A DNA stretch of 64,000 nt from Lama glama (Eukaryota): assembly GCA_028534125.1 (NCBI GenBank), contig CM052817.1, positions 62,870,001 through 62,934,000 on the forward strand, given 5' to 3'. The notes under the pieces were generated by a model. That model saw only the letters and a list, made by a program, of their open reading frames with translations, did not search any database and was not told where the DNA came from. The position numbers and the translations under genes are program-made. Shown in pieces: positions 40,440 through 53,215 of the stretch. How positions within the stretch are numbered: the first letter of the stretch is position 1; every line of letters starts with the position of its first letter.

Positions 40440-40730
40440 GTTTCTATTCAAATTTCAGCCTAGACATCACTTTTAACTGAGCCTTTTTGAACCACGAGAA
40501 ATGGTTTGCTTCTCCTCCTATGTGTATCTGTAGCCCTCAGTGCTTACCTATCATAGCTTGTTTCATACTGTATTATCTTCCTATTTTCTTCTCTTCTTCC
40601 CCTAAGTATACTACCTGCTGCTTCAGAACAGGAGCCAGGGCATACTCATGTTTTTATGGCCAGTGTTTGGCGCAGCTCCTCATACAGTCTGAGTTTATTA
40701 AATATATTTAAAGAAATGAAAGAATGAACA
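40440..40730 (+). mobile_element. L2 3' end
   Basis: L2 tail pattern ending 'taaatatatttaaagaaatgaaagaatgaa'. Confidence 0.7.
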
Positions 40731-42409
40731 CATTGTCCCAAGGCAATGAGTGGTAGGGTGACTCAATCCTTGGCTAAAGGCAGTGGAAACAGAAGCTGGT
40801 TTGATTGCCTCCCCAGTCACTAGATGATTCTACAGCAGCCAGAGCAAGAGAGCAGGGTGTTTTTGCATATAACATGATTTAACAGAGAAGTTATTGGTGA
40901 CAAATATGAGACACCCTCTTGGGATTGCCAAAAATCAGATGCGATAATTTACAATGGCTTACTTGGATTTCCAGAACTTTTTGGTGGAGAGAGGAGTACC
41001 CAAAATAGTTTATTGTTATTAATGTAACTATTGAAACTCCATATATATTGTTGAAATAGGAGTCAATACTTTTGTTTGCTTATATCAATGAAAGCATTTT
41101 AAGGTAAACTCAAAACAAATTTTGTTTTTTCAGGAGTTATCAGAAGGAAGCCATGCTCATGCCCAGAACTGCTTACCCGGAAGAGCAATACATTGTAATG
41201 ACTTCTTCAAAATCAATTCTGAAAAAGAAGCAATACAAATGATTCTTGATGTCAGAATATTATTAGAAATTACTCTGAAATCTAATATGTATAGACTCAA
41301 GCCACTGGAAATGAGACAAGGGAACTAACGCAGGATTTTAAGTCATTATTACTCTAGAAACAACTTGGAAAATGTGAGCCAAGGAAGTGTCAAATGTTCT
41401 TTGACAGTGCATATGTCATTTGATAAAGGGCAGATGGCACATGCCGGTAGAAATTTGTTATTAACAGGTGAACAAGTTTAGTTTTAAGATCTTATAACAA
41501 ATTAGTTTAATGTTATACATATATAAATTGTGATTTTCTTATGCAGACTAAAGATGATATCAATATTACAACACAACATAAGAGCAAAGGGGTTCTTGAA
41601 ATCATCTAAATATTGTAGTATATTTAAATATTGCTGAGCACATTTTATGAGTTCAGAAAAAGGTGTTTTTCACCATAAAAATCAAATTTGGATTACATTA
41701 AAATCCTACTGTTTACTTGATGTTACAATACAATACCCAAGACTATCCTTTAGGAATATATTTCATTGGCTTTCACCAGAAAATATTTGAGACAGTAGAA
41801 ATAACAACATTCTCTAGGGACTATATTTCTACAGTTAGTATTAGATAAATCATTTTAATAATGCAAGTTTAAAATATAAAAGCCTTTTTCACATTAAATA
41901 CACATGAGAATACAACTGAAATAAAATCATCGAGAAGAAAAATTTTAGCAACCATGCATGTAATAGATTGGAAAAAGGAGACTGGTTAAAAAATAACTTA
42001 AAGTCTTGGATGAATGATAATGGGAGAGATCACTGGAAGAGAAAATATAAGTAACAATACTTGATTTTCAATACTTGATTGAGGATCTTTCTGCTGCAAG
42101 GTTGTCGTATCGCCTTCTCCAGAACATCTCATGTTTGGGATATGATGTTAGCTTGTAGATCATGCTTTGTGATAGACCTACCTGAACTTTTCATTCTTGG
42201 ACCTTCCGTAACCTACCTAAAGGGTAAGCACTGGGAATGTGACACAAAATTGTCACTTGGAATGATTTCCCTAGAGCATAATATCACTTCTCAAACAACT
42301 AAAATCTACTTAAGAGTCAATAGCTCTTGCCTCTCCGCAGCAGGTGTTAATGCTGTTGAGATTTGGCCTTATTTTTTCCAACACATAATTAAAATGACTT
42401 CTCCTGAAA

Positions 42410-42509
42410 CTGTGGAAGTTAATCATTAAGGTTTCACTGAAGCTCCTTCTTCAAATTAGGTTTACAGACAGCCAGAATTTAGTGAAACCTTAATGATTAA
42501 CTTCCACAG
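42410..42509. repeat. Perfect 29-bp inverted repeat with 42-nt spacer
   Basis: ctgtggaagttaatcattaaggtttcact (42410-42438) is the exact reverse complement of 42481-42509. Confidence 0.97.
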
Positions 42510-42984
42510 AATTAAAATAGTTGTGTTTGGAGTGGAAAAGGAGCTTTTTTTTGGTTCAGTTTCATCATTGGTTTATTATAATACACTTCAAAAGTGTACA
42601 AAAGTTAGTATTAAAATTATCTTAATTAGTTATATTAAAATTCTATCATAACTTGCTTTCTGAAAAAATATGATAGAGGTCAGTACTTTGGCTAAGCATT
42701 TGTTGATATATATGACACTTGGAGGAAAATATTATTGCTACTTCTTCAAAGAGTTTTTACTTTAATGTTTGAAACCCAGTGCTTACTTTTTAGGTGGGTT
42801 AATAATACTATCATTTAAATATTTTTTTCTTATTTAGTAGATGTTTTCATGTTCTTTTATTGTTTTCATTTGCATTCTTTTGATTATCAATGATACTAAA
42901 TATTTTTGCTTTTCTTCATGTGTGAGCTTTTTGTTCATGCCCTTTTATAATAAAGTTGTTTTCTTTTGGTTATATATACTACAT

Positions 42985-43040
42985 AGGTAGGTAGGTAGGT
43001 AGGTAGATAGATAGACAGACAGATAGGTAGATAATAGATA
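42985..43040. repeat. (TAGG)n(TAGA)n microsatellite within a decayed L1-like stretch
   Basis: Repeat read directly. The upstream 'tttgcattcttttgattatcaatgatactaaa' is antisense L1-like. Confidence 0.85.
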
Positions 43041-44049
43041 TGGATAATTCAAATAAGGTGCATACATCTGTTTTAATTGATGAAGTACATACCCATTACC
43101 TTTTTTCATTTAGTTTTTTTTTTTGCTAATCTTCATTGAACAAAAAGTTTGAATTCTTATTCAAGAAAATATTTTCAATTTTATTTTTTATGAATGCTGA
43201 CTGCTTTAAAAATAATTCTCAGTAATAGGCAAAACACTGTTTGCAGTTAAAAATGGAAACCAATTTAAAACCCCCTGAAATTTATAGTATTCTGCTATAC
43301 CATGAACTCACGTTTCTAAGCATGATCAATAGAAACCGTCAGTAGAGAGCGGCTCTAGCCTACTATTTTAAATGGAATGCTGTTGTAGCAATGGTACTGA
43401 GTTGAGAAAAAATCAATATGTTTGAATATGGAGTTAAAATGGCTACTATTTCATAAATGTTAAAACCAATAAAGTACCCATAAAAAAACTCAGTGTTACA
43501 TAAAGTGTGTATAAATTTATGATGATGGGTCTTCTATGCCTTTAAAGGAAACATAAATGTACTTCTTAAATGGAATGAGTCTTGTACACTATAGTCTAGG
43601 ATGTCTGTGCCTTCTTGGATTTGTTGTTACAGGAGTAATGTTAATTAAGGCCCATAACAACATATGGGGATAAAATGGGAGATTTGTATGTCTGAGTGAT
43701 TCTAAATTCATGAGTAATCCTTTACCCGTGACTTGAAATCAACTTCCTTGCACAAACCAACTTTGCAATCACATTATCTGCAGCTGCAAGAAATAATGCA
43801 CATAACTGCAAGAAATAATGTACATAACTTGATAAGCTCATCCTTTACAAAAGTTCTACCAAAAAATAGCAAAATATTATACTAGCAATATTGGCTTCCC
43901 TTCTTACTATGCAATTTTATTGAGTCTGCTTATAGGTCACACATCTTTGACAACATAAATTTTATAATCCTAAATACTATCGACTAAGAGTTTGGCCATC
44001 CCTGATTACTCAAGTTAAAGCAATACTCCCCAGCCTTGAATTGTGATAT

Positions 44050-44265
44050 TCACATCTCCTTCTTCTTGTATTTTTCTGTCTAGCCCTAGCCCTTATTACA
44101 GCAGTGTTATTGTATTGTATATCTGTTTACATAAAACTTCCCTTCCTCACTAGAATATAAACTCCTGTAGAGCAGAGATTTGGTTTTGTTACTATTCTAT
44201 CCTTAGTGAATAAAACAGTGCCTGGCACATAGTAATCACTCCATAAATTTTGTTAAATGAATTAA
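44050..44265 (+). mobile_element. L2 3' end
   Basis: 'cactagaatataaactcc...acagtgcctggcacatagta...ccataaattttgttaaatgaa'. Confidence 0.85.
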
Positions 44266-44399
44266 TAAATTTTATAAATTTCTCCAAAGTGGGACAAGAG
44301 TTTGCCCTAAAGGTATCAAACAAGTTAACCTTAACTAATATGTTATGTAAAAAGACAGAAATCTATATGAAAGTTTTCCTACTTTCCATATGGAGTCAG

Positions 44400-44598
44400 T
44401 TTTATTGTGAATGGAAAGAGAACAGAGTTTGGGTACCAGCCTGGGCGCAGATTCTTACAAAAATATTTAGTTCCTCTGTGGTACAGAGCAAATCAGTTAA
44501 TAGCTCTAGTTCTCAAAGTCAACAGTAAATTAAATATATCACTCTCTGAATTGTTATGAAGTTAAATAAAATAACGTTTGCAAATGGTAAGTGCTTAT
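44400..44598 (+). mobile_element. MIR fragment
   Basis: 'gagcaaatcagttaatagctctagttctca...gaattgttatgaagttaaataaaataa'. Confidence 0.6.
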
Positions 44599-45808
44599 CA
44601 AATGTAAAGTCTGTCCTTTTTCATTTGTGAATAAAATTCCACAGGCATAATTTTTAATCTCATTAAAGTAAGCCCAAAATTAATTTCTTTATTATTTAGT
44701 GAGGAAAATAAAGCATATAGTTTTCTCTGGATGCTTGTAAAAATAATAATAACATTATTAGAAGTGAAAATTAATATCAAAACCTAAAAGGAAAAGAAAA
44801 ATACATTAAGTTCAATAACATATTGACATCATAAGTACATAAAATCATTCTCAACTACTTTTAATGTTGAGTAATAGAAGCTATTCATGAGAAATCTATG
44901 AGAAACTTGACTGTATTAAGAGGGTAAAACACACTTTAATTTTATTCTAGTTGACCAAGCATCTTGACGAAAATGTAGCTTGGTATCTTAGGAAACATCT
45001 GAATTTCTGATATATTAGGTCACTTTGTCTCTTGTTTATTGCATTTTCCATTACATACCAGAGTGATAAACAGTATATCTTAATAGATCTGTAATAGCTT
45101 GTCAAATGCTTGAGATCAGGTACTGATTCTTACTGATTTTGTATCATCTAGTAAACTTAACACAATGCATTAAATATAGTGAATGCTTAGAAAATATTGC
45201 TTGAATTAATGTGGTGATAATGTTAGAAAATGGATTGCATTTATAAATCAGAGTACATTCATTCCTTTTATAAACATTATTTAATAAGATAAAAATATCA
45301 CATATATATTTTATTGACTTCGCCTACATCCCTCAAAATTCACACATTCACTAAATATAGTCAAAAAATACAGGAAATAAAACCCTTCAGAAAATAAGGA
45401 AACTTCAAGCTACAAGCTATGCAGAACGTAGGTCCAAATCTATAAAATTTAAGCTGAAACGATACCAGGCACTGAGAAATACTATAGATTTCCTAAGACT
45501 TTAAACAGGATACAAATGTGTTTAAAAGTAAGTGTGATATGTGTAGAACTCTCCAATATTCCTACAGTGAGCAGAGCTAAAGCAAAGGTAGACTATGAAA
45601 GAGGAGATTATCCCTCAGAGCAGTGGCTTTCAAATAATTTTACTTAGGTACCTCCAAAAAAGATTTTTTTAAAAAACAGTGTATCCACTTACCCAAACAT
45701 TCTAAAATAGCTGTAAATTGTTATTTTAAGTTTATATAATTGCAAAAAATGTAATGTCTGTGGTTGTTTTTTAAACTGTTACACCACTTAAAAAATATAT
45801 CCCAACAT

Positions 45809-46598
45809 GCTATCATCAAAGTCTACAAATAATAAATGCTGGAGAGGGTGTGGAGAAAATGGAACCCTCTTACACTATTGGTGGGAATGCAAATTGATGG
45901 AATACAGCATGGAGTTTCTTAAAAAACTAGAAAGAGAACTACCATATGATCCAGCAATCCCACTCCTGGGCATATATCCAGAAAAGATGAAACTCTTAAT
46001 TTGAAAAGATACATGCACCCCAATGTTCATAGCAGCACTATTTACGATAGATCAGACATGGAGACAGCCCAAATACCCATCAACAGATGACTGATTTAAG
46101 ATGTGGTATGTGATATATCACATGTATATGAGTGTGTGTATATATATGTGTGTGTGTATATATATAATGGAATATTACTCAGCCATAAAATAGAGAAATA
46201 TTGCCATTTTAGCAACATGGATGGACCTACAGAATATCATTGTAAGTGAAGTAAGCCAGGCAAAGAAAGACAAATATTACATGATATCACTTATATATGG
46301 ACCCTATATTTTTGATAATAACCATATTATCAAAAATAATATGAATGAATTTATACACAAAACAGAAACAGACTTAAAGACACAGAAAACAAACTTAGGG
46401 TTACCAGAGGCGAAAAGGTTGGAGGGATAAATTAGGAATCTGGGATTAAGAGATACAAATTACTATACAAAAAATAGGTAAGCAACAAGACTTACTGTAT
46501 AACACAGGGAACTATACTCAATATATATGACTGAATCACTTTGCAGTACATCTGAAACTAACAGAGTATTGTAAATCAACTGTACTTCAATTTAAAAA
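45809..46598 (+). mobile_element. 5'-truncated L1, cetartiodactyl-type 3' UTR, with TSD
   Basis: ORF2 remnants KCWRGCGENGTLLHYWWECKL...ELPYDPAIPLLGIYP. The 3' end reads 'gtaaatcaactgtacttcaattt' plus an A tail. TSD atcccaacat (45799-45808) / atccaaacat (46599-46608). Confidence 0.95.
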
Positions 46599-46625
46599 AT
46601 CCAAACATCACATGACTAGGGGTAT

Positions 46626-48320
46626 TGTAAGCTATAAAACTTCATGTACTACTTTGATATCTCTGTGCTTCTTCAGGCTCAAAGTTCCCCTGCTGTCATC
46701 CACATATGCCCCCACCCAAAAGGAAAGTCTCCTCATCTGACTAGTTTCCCTATCAGCCAAAAACTACAACTATGCAGCTAGAGACTCAAATCTCCACAGG
46801 CTGTAGCAAAGGATGATTTTGATCTACCAGGCTCTGAGTTGTGGGCCCAGGGCTCTCTGCTGCAGTAGCTTTCTACTTATGCCTCTGTTAACAACAAACC
46901 TAATCCTCCAGAGTTATAGGGACAAATTCTGTGGTACAGTGAAGGGGTTAATGCAAACCCTACCTAAGCCAGTTTCCTTAAACCATATAACCACTGGCAC
47001 TGGGGAGGCCACTATTCCTAATGATACTAACTTGAGGCTCTTTGGAGAAATAAATTTATAAATATGAACAGTATAAAAAGAACCCCTCACACCAAATACA
47101 TCTAGTGACAGAAAAGGAGGGGGAGGAGATTAAAAAAAAATCTGGATACAAAAATACATATTGAAAACAGAGAGTCCACATTTTGACCCAATCAGAAATC
47201 CAAGATTTGCTCAAAAAATTTACAACAAAATGATAAAAAGGTGTGAATTGGCTTTTGCTTCTCTAGACTGTAGGTTCTGAATGAACGTTAACATCTGCAG
47301 AAATACACCAATTGGCAAGGCTTCATGGACTTCAACAATACTAGGGCTTAAATAATTATAGTTATACCCAAAGATTCCACTAAATTTAAGAATGATTTCC
47401 AACCCCCCATAATCTTAAGAGAATTACTGTATATAAAATAGAAAACAAATGACATATGGCTTACTTCACTATTGCACTATCTGAATCTCCCAAAGTGACT
47501 GTATCCATTGTGCTAAAATTTCCCATCATGGCCTTGGTTTAATAAAGAGGCCTAGTGTCTTCCTCAAATTCTACCATTTAAGTTACAAAACAGCAGCTGG
47601 ACCCCTATTCAGTGACAACTGTCACAACCATTAATCAGTCTAAATTCATGCTCCCTGGAGACATGCATTCCCAACTCCAATACCATACATTGCCTTTATT
47701 GGCCATAAAAGGGGACATCTCTGAAGTTCAAGTTTTTGATAAGTACCTTACCATGTAGCCCTCCTGGCCAAGTGCCCACTTGGCTTCCTAGGGAGGCACT
47801 TCTTCCATTCCTAAAAATATCACTCATATCTAAAGTAGATTTTGATGAGAAGGCATCAAGGGGTTAACTATAAGACCTAAAACTGCATGGGTGGCTTTGA
47901 CATCTTTGAGCCTCACAGGACCCCATAACTGTGGGTTCTGCTCTCACCAGACATGCCCCATCCAATGGGAAAGCCTCCTCATCTGAATAGTTTCCCTAAT
48001 AGCTGGAACAACCGCACTCTACCAGTCCTCAACCTAACAAGTTTCACTTCTTTGCCAGACTAAGGGGTACCTCACCCTCTTGTTACTGCAAAGGCTGCCT
48101 CCCACAGCCCCCGGCTGTTCAGTGTGCTTCAGAACATAAGCTCTGGTTGGCCTCGCATGGCAGGCAATGCCCCCATCTCCCAGGTTGTAAGTACACATCA
48201 CTAATAAACTGCTGTCAATTTCATTGTCCCATGTTGGATGTTGTGTTTTTGGTCATTTCACACTATTGAGGACAGAGATTCTTCCCTCAGCAACAGGGTG
48301 AATAAGAGGTGATAAGAACA
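46626..48320 (+). mobile_element. LTR retroelement remnant: partial 5' LTR, short internal part, full 3' LTR (MER77/MER21-group-like)
   Basis: 46626-46780 is clearly homologous to about 47869-48020 (e.g. ggaaagtctcctcatctgactagtttcccta / ggaaagcctcctcatctgaatagtttcccta). A purine tract precedes the second copy, which has AATAAA and an ACA end. Confidence 0.75.
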
Positions 48321-51300
48321 CTAGGTATCTATTAGCATCCATTTAAAATATATGAAAAGGCTTTTCTTTAATAGTCAATGTATCATTCTTTTTCTTTCTT
48401 GAAATTGTATTTCCACCATACTAGCCACACATATGAAAAGATACTGGAAATACTGTTTCATAAAATCCATACACAAAATCATTTGTTCTTTGATATATTG
48501 CAAAAACCAAAAAAAAGGAATTCCTCACCTATAAATACATATTTAAATACATACACATAGATATTTCCCCACATATTTTTTATTTTTATTTTTTAAAAGG
48601 TATTAATGCTTTCCTTTTTTTTTTTAATAATGTCTGTGGGTTTAAACAAAGAAAGTGTTTACCCAGCACACTATTATACAGGTGTTGATTTATATTTTAT
48701 TCTGGGAACAGTATTGTTTTATAAATTGTTAGTATATGCAGGATTTATTTAAACGTAATATATAGAATTGAGGTCTAAATTACTTTTCCAAGTGTAAAAG
48801 CAATTTTTAAACAACATAATTTTAATAATTTCTCCCCATTACTGCTTTGACAGACATACTATAGGAAAGTCTATTTATTACCAGTGGTCTGATTCTGCAT
48901 CAGTTCCATGTCTTAATTTCCATAGCTTTATATGTTTAAAATATAATAAAGTAAGTTAAACACATTACCCTTATATTACAAAAATTTCCTTTCAACTCCA
49001 GTCTTTTTTTTTTTAAACTTTAATGGAAGTTTTTATACTTTTCTTAATGTTAGGATTTCTTACTATGTCTAAAATGATACCATCTATATCTTGTATTTGT
49101 ATATAATATCAACTTTTCAGTAATATTTTTTGCCTGATCCTATGATTTTTCTTCAAAGTTGATCATGTATATTCTATGAGAAATATTGACTTACCAATCA
49201 CATTGAAAATAAGGCAGCATTTTACTAAACAAAATACAGCTTAAAAAAAGAAGTGAGAGGTTACCACAGTCAAAATCTAAGGGTTATTGCCAAGAATGTG
49301 TATGAGGTCCCAGGTGAAAGGTCTAACATATCACGAATTAATGATTACTAATAGGTTAAAAGTTGGTTGTTTTCATTTCCCCTTAATTATACATAAGTAG
49401 GAAATTACTCAATTACAGAAATGAATAGATCTAATAGCCGGTGTCTTGACTCACCATGATCTGCTAGGAGCTAGAATTACTTTCCCCCATCATCAATAAA
49501 AGCATTCTGATCATTTCTGTGGCATGTGTGTCCTAGTGACCATCATTTCCTATCATTCTCCTCCACTCTAAAGCATTATTTAGAAACTGAGTTATTTGTT
49601 CAAAACCCAGCACACCACCTACCATTGCAAAATCACCTAAAATCAATACCTGAAATGGAGACGTGTTGATTTGAGAATACAAAAACTATTTTGGGTGTTT
49701 GTACAATGAGATGGAAGTAATACATTGATGAGAATTCTTCAGCGTTCTGGCTGAGTCACATCTCACTTGTATCGGTAAACTTCTTCCCTTCCACGTGATA
49801 TTGTGCTGAAACCTCTTCAGAAAACACATACTGGTTAATATTTTGGATTAAGCCTTATGAAACTGTCATTTTCATGTTGATTTTCAAATAGCAACAGCTG
49901 CATGTTTCCATTTAATATTTCAGTTGTTCCTGAGCATGTGTTCAACAGAAACTGTAACTTGCTTTAATCAGATAGAAATAAAGAATAATTAGGGGTGGGG
50001 AGAAATCTCTCTATACACTAAATTTAACTTTGAAGAACAATTGGAAAAATGGAAATCTAGGACCTTTTAGACTTTCATGATCATAAATTATTATTGCTTT
50101 CTATTTTTTTCTTTTTCAGAGGATATGGGAATCTAATGTTGCTGTTATTCTATATCTTCAAGGTGACCTGATTTTACTGATACTGAGCTCATCAGGAAAG
50201 ACTGCAAATAGATAATGTTTACTTACTCTTTGTTAAAATTTTACTAGCAAAGACCTTTAAAATAATTTTAATTCTTTCACTGCTTGTTAAATTCAAGTTC
50301 ATAAAGACACAGATTAAAAAAAAGAGAGAGAGACAAATTGCACCCCAGGAAGTGAAAAACACATTTGTGACCATTGTCTTAATTTTCTATGGTTAAATGA
50401 TGCAAGTCACTTGACTACTAATAATGCTTTAGAGAGTCACATTTGAGACAATGTCTGTTATAGTCTTCCTTTCACAGTAAAAACTCTCTTTTACTTAATT
50501 TAGTTTGCTTATAATTAAAAAACAAATCTCCTGTACTTAATTACTTTTATTTTGTTCTCAGATTCCCCTTCTTGAGTAATTGTGTAATCAGTGATCAAGT
50601 ATACCAGGCTTTTCAAATGGTTTGATGCTGATAAGGTATTTGTACCACCTCATTTGGTGGGCTGGTCTGAATGAAGATAATAGGGATGGTATTAGCTGAA
50701 TGCAGCTCTGCAACAATGCTTTCAATTTATTGTAAGGACTACAACTCTTGCCATTACACATAATCCCCCCCCACACTTATTAGAGTAAAGTACACATATC
50801 ACATTGCAAAGCATAGAATAGGATCCATTTATATCTGAACAATACTTTTATGAAACATCTGAGATCCAGATATTTTGAGAGGTTTACGTTTTTTGTCAGC
50901 TGTGGCCATGTAAAAGTGTAACTGGAAGCAGGGAAAGTATCTTTCAGATCGAGGTTGCTGCACAGCAGGCTAGTTAACATCAAAAGAAGATAAGGTCAGT
51001 TCTTGGTAGATGAAAAAATCATTAAATTGGGGTTTCCTGTACCTATACTATAAGTAAATTTTTGCTCCTACATTTTAAAGCCACTTATTTGTGATGTAAG
51101 TGTGAGATCTCTAACTTTTTTAAACAGCTGATAATTTTTTCCAAATTTAAAAAAATATATAAGGAAAGAAGTGTAAAGAAGGAAGAGGGCCAAAGCAATA
51201 CATCAGCATGCCAAATTCAACTCACTGACCAAAAGTTGAGACATATTATCTAAACTTTGGGTCATAAATTTGGTTCTGTTAACACAGATACTGCCTAAGT

Positions 51301-51729
51301 AAAGGCCTTGAAAGTTTGCTTTGTTTTTAGAAGGTAAACAACATATTTCCCTTTAATGTACAAATTCTGATGGCATTCATATTAGAATCTTCAACTAAGT
51401 TCTTGGCTCAAGATTTGTCACCACCACTTTTCCCTGTGAGACTGGGTTAGCGATATCAATGCTAGCAATAAATACAGACAAATAAACAAGCAAAAGAAAG
51501 TATTTCTCCAATAGCACGAGGTTTTGCAGTCACATAATAAGCAAAAAACCATCCCTCTCTAGAAGTTTCCAACTGGAAACCTCTTTAGGGCACTGGATGC
51601 CAACTTCTTAGTTTTACCATCTACTTATTTTAATATTATCCTTAAAGCATTTGCATATTTAAAAAATAATTTCATATTTGTTTTAAAGTCTTTAGTCTGA
51701 AATTTTCAATTCCTTTTAGCAGTCAAGTT

Positions 51730-51732
<3 letters not shown>

Positions 51733-51768
<36 letters not shown>
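51733..51768. repeat. (AC)18 microsatellite
   Basis: Perfect dinucleotide run. Confidence 0.97.
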
Positions 51769-51770
<2 letters not shown>

Positions 51771-53215
51771 AAACCAGTAAAGAATTTAGATCAATTTTCT
51801 AATATTGCACCACATTCTATTAAGTAGCACTAATTGCATTGGGAATGGGAATTAATTGAGAAGCCTTGACTCTCTTTGCATAGCTGCTTGAACTTACGCA
51901 TTATCTTTGGAGTTCATTCTAAGAGAGCAGTGTTTTCACACTGTCTTCACATCCCATGACCTAATATGAACAAATGTATGCGTAATTTGCCAGTGCATCA
52001 CCACTGAAATGCTGTGAGCCAATGCAGCCAAAGTACATAAAAATGACAATATAGTTATTTCCCAATTATCCCACAGTAGCAGAGTAACCAGTGCTTCAAT
52101 ATAAAGTGTAATTGATTCCCAATTAACTGAACTTTCACAGAGAGGCCACCGTCCATAACTTCATTAAACAGTGAAAACACAAATAACTATTCATAAGGAA
52201 AGAATTAGCATGTACTATATTCTTATTTACTTTCTAATCTGTAAATGTTTTACGTTCTGGTCTGTGGAAAGGCTGCTCAGACTGCAATATGTCATTCAGA
52301 TGTTCCTCAGGGAATAGGAAATTTGCACAGTGATGTTCATTAGGGAGAGAAAAAAATATTGGCTTTTTGATATTTGATGTGCTCTAGGGGGCTTGGCTCA
52401 GTTCCTGGACCATTTCCATACAGGAGTGTAGAAATATCCAAATCTGTGAATTTAGGGCACATTACCTAAGGCTTGTTAGGGCCCTCAAGGAGGATGGAAA
52501 AGAAGAAATGATGAAGTGACAGAGCAAAAGGGACAGGGGTCTATCCATGCCTAATGGGAGAAATGAATGCTGAGTGTAGTTTTAATCACAAATGCTGCTC
52601 AAATCATTTCCATTTTAGAGCAGTCCATGAGATAAAGGAAGAGGCAACATATACCTATGTATTATGAGCCAACAAGATGGAATACAATGAGGCCTGCTAC
52701 ATGGAGGTACCACATGTTGCCTTGTAACTGCTGGAGTTGATTTTCCTACCTTAACATAACCCTAGCCCTATTATTGAGCTTTGTAGAGATGTCATTTTTG
52801 TTTACTGTAACTTGGCAAAAAGACTGAGATGATTTGCAAATGTTGGACTACAATGTAATTTAAATATTTATGAACTATTTGAATGGTGATAATAAAAAAC
52901 ACTCACTGGAAATCACCAGTATTTTAATTTTGGCCTGCCATAATTTTGGTGTACTCCCTGAAGTACATTTGTCCCATATGATAAATGTCATTGATTACAA
53001 TGACTTCACCATTCACTGGTCATTTTTTGAATTTCAAGATTGTGCATATCAACTCACATAAAATTGTACATGGAAATACAATTGTATAATGTAAGTACTC
53101 AGTATAGCATGTGTCTGTGATACTGAACTACGCAGATGCTAGCACAGGGGCTCATCTGTCAGTGTCATGCTCTGTCCACGGTATGATAATTTCGGAAATA
53201 AGCACTGAGAGGGCA

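Noticed and set aside
50100..50168. Possible plus-strand micro-exon (tttttcag ... aag|gtgacc) and similar splice-like sites near 15916, 18040, 41133 and 50561
   Set aside because: Such motifs are common by chance in AT-rich DNA, the donors are weak, and no coherent reading frame links them.
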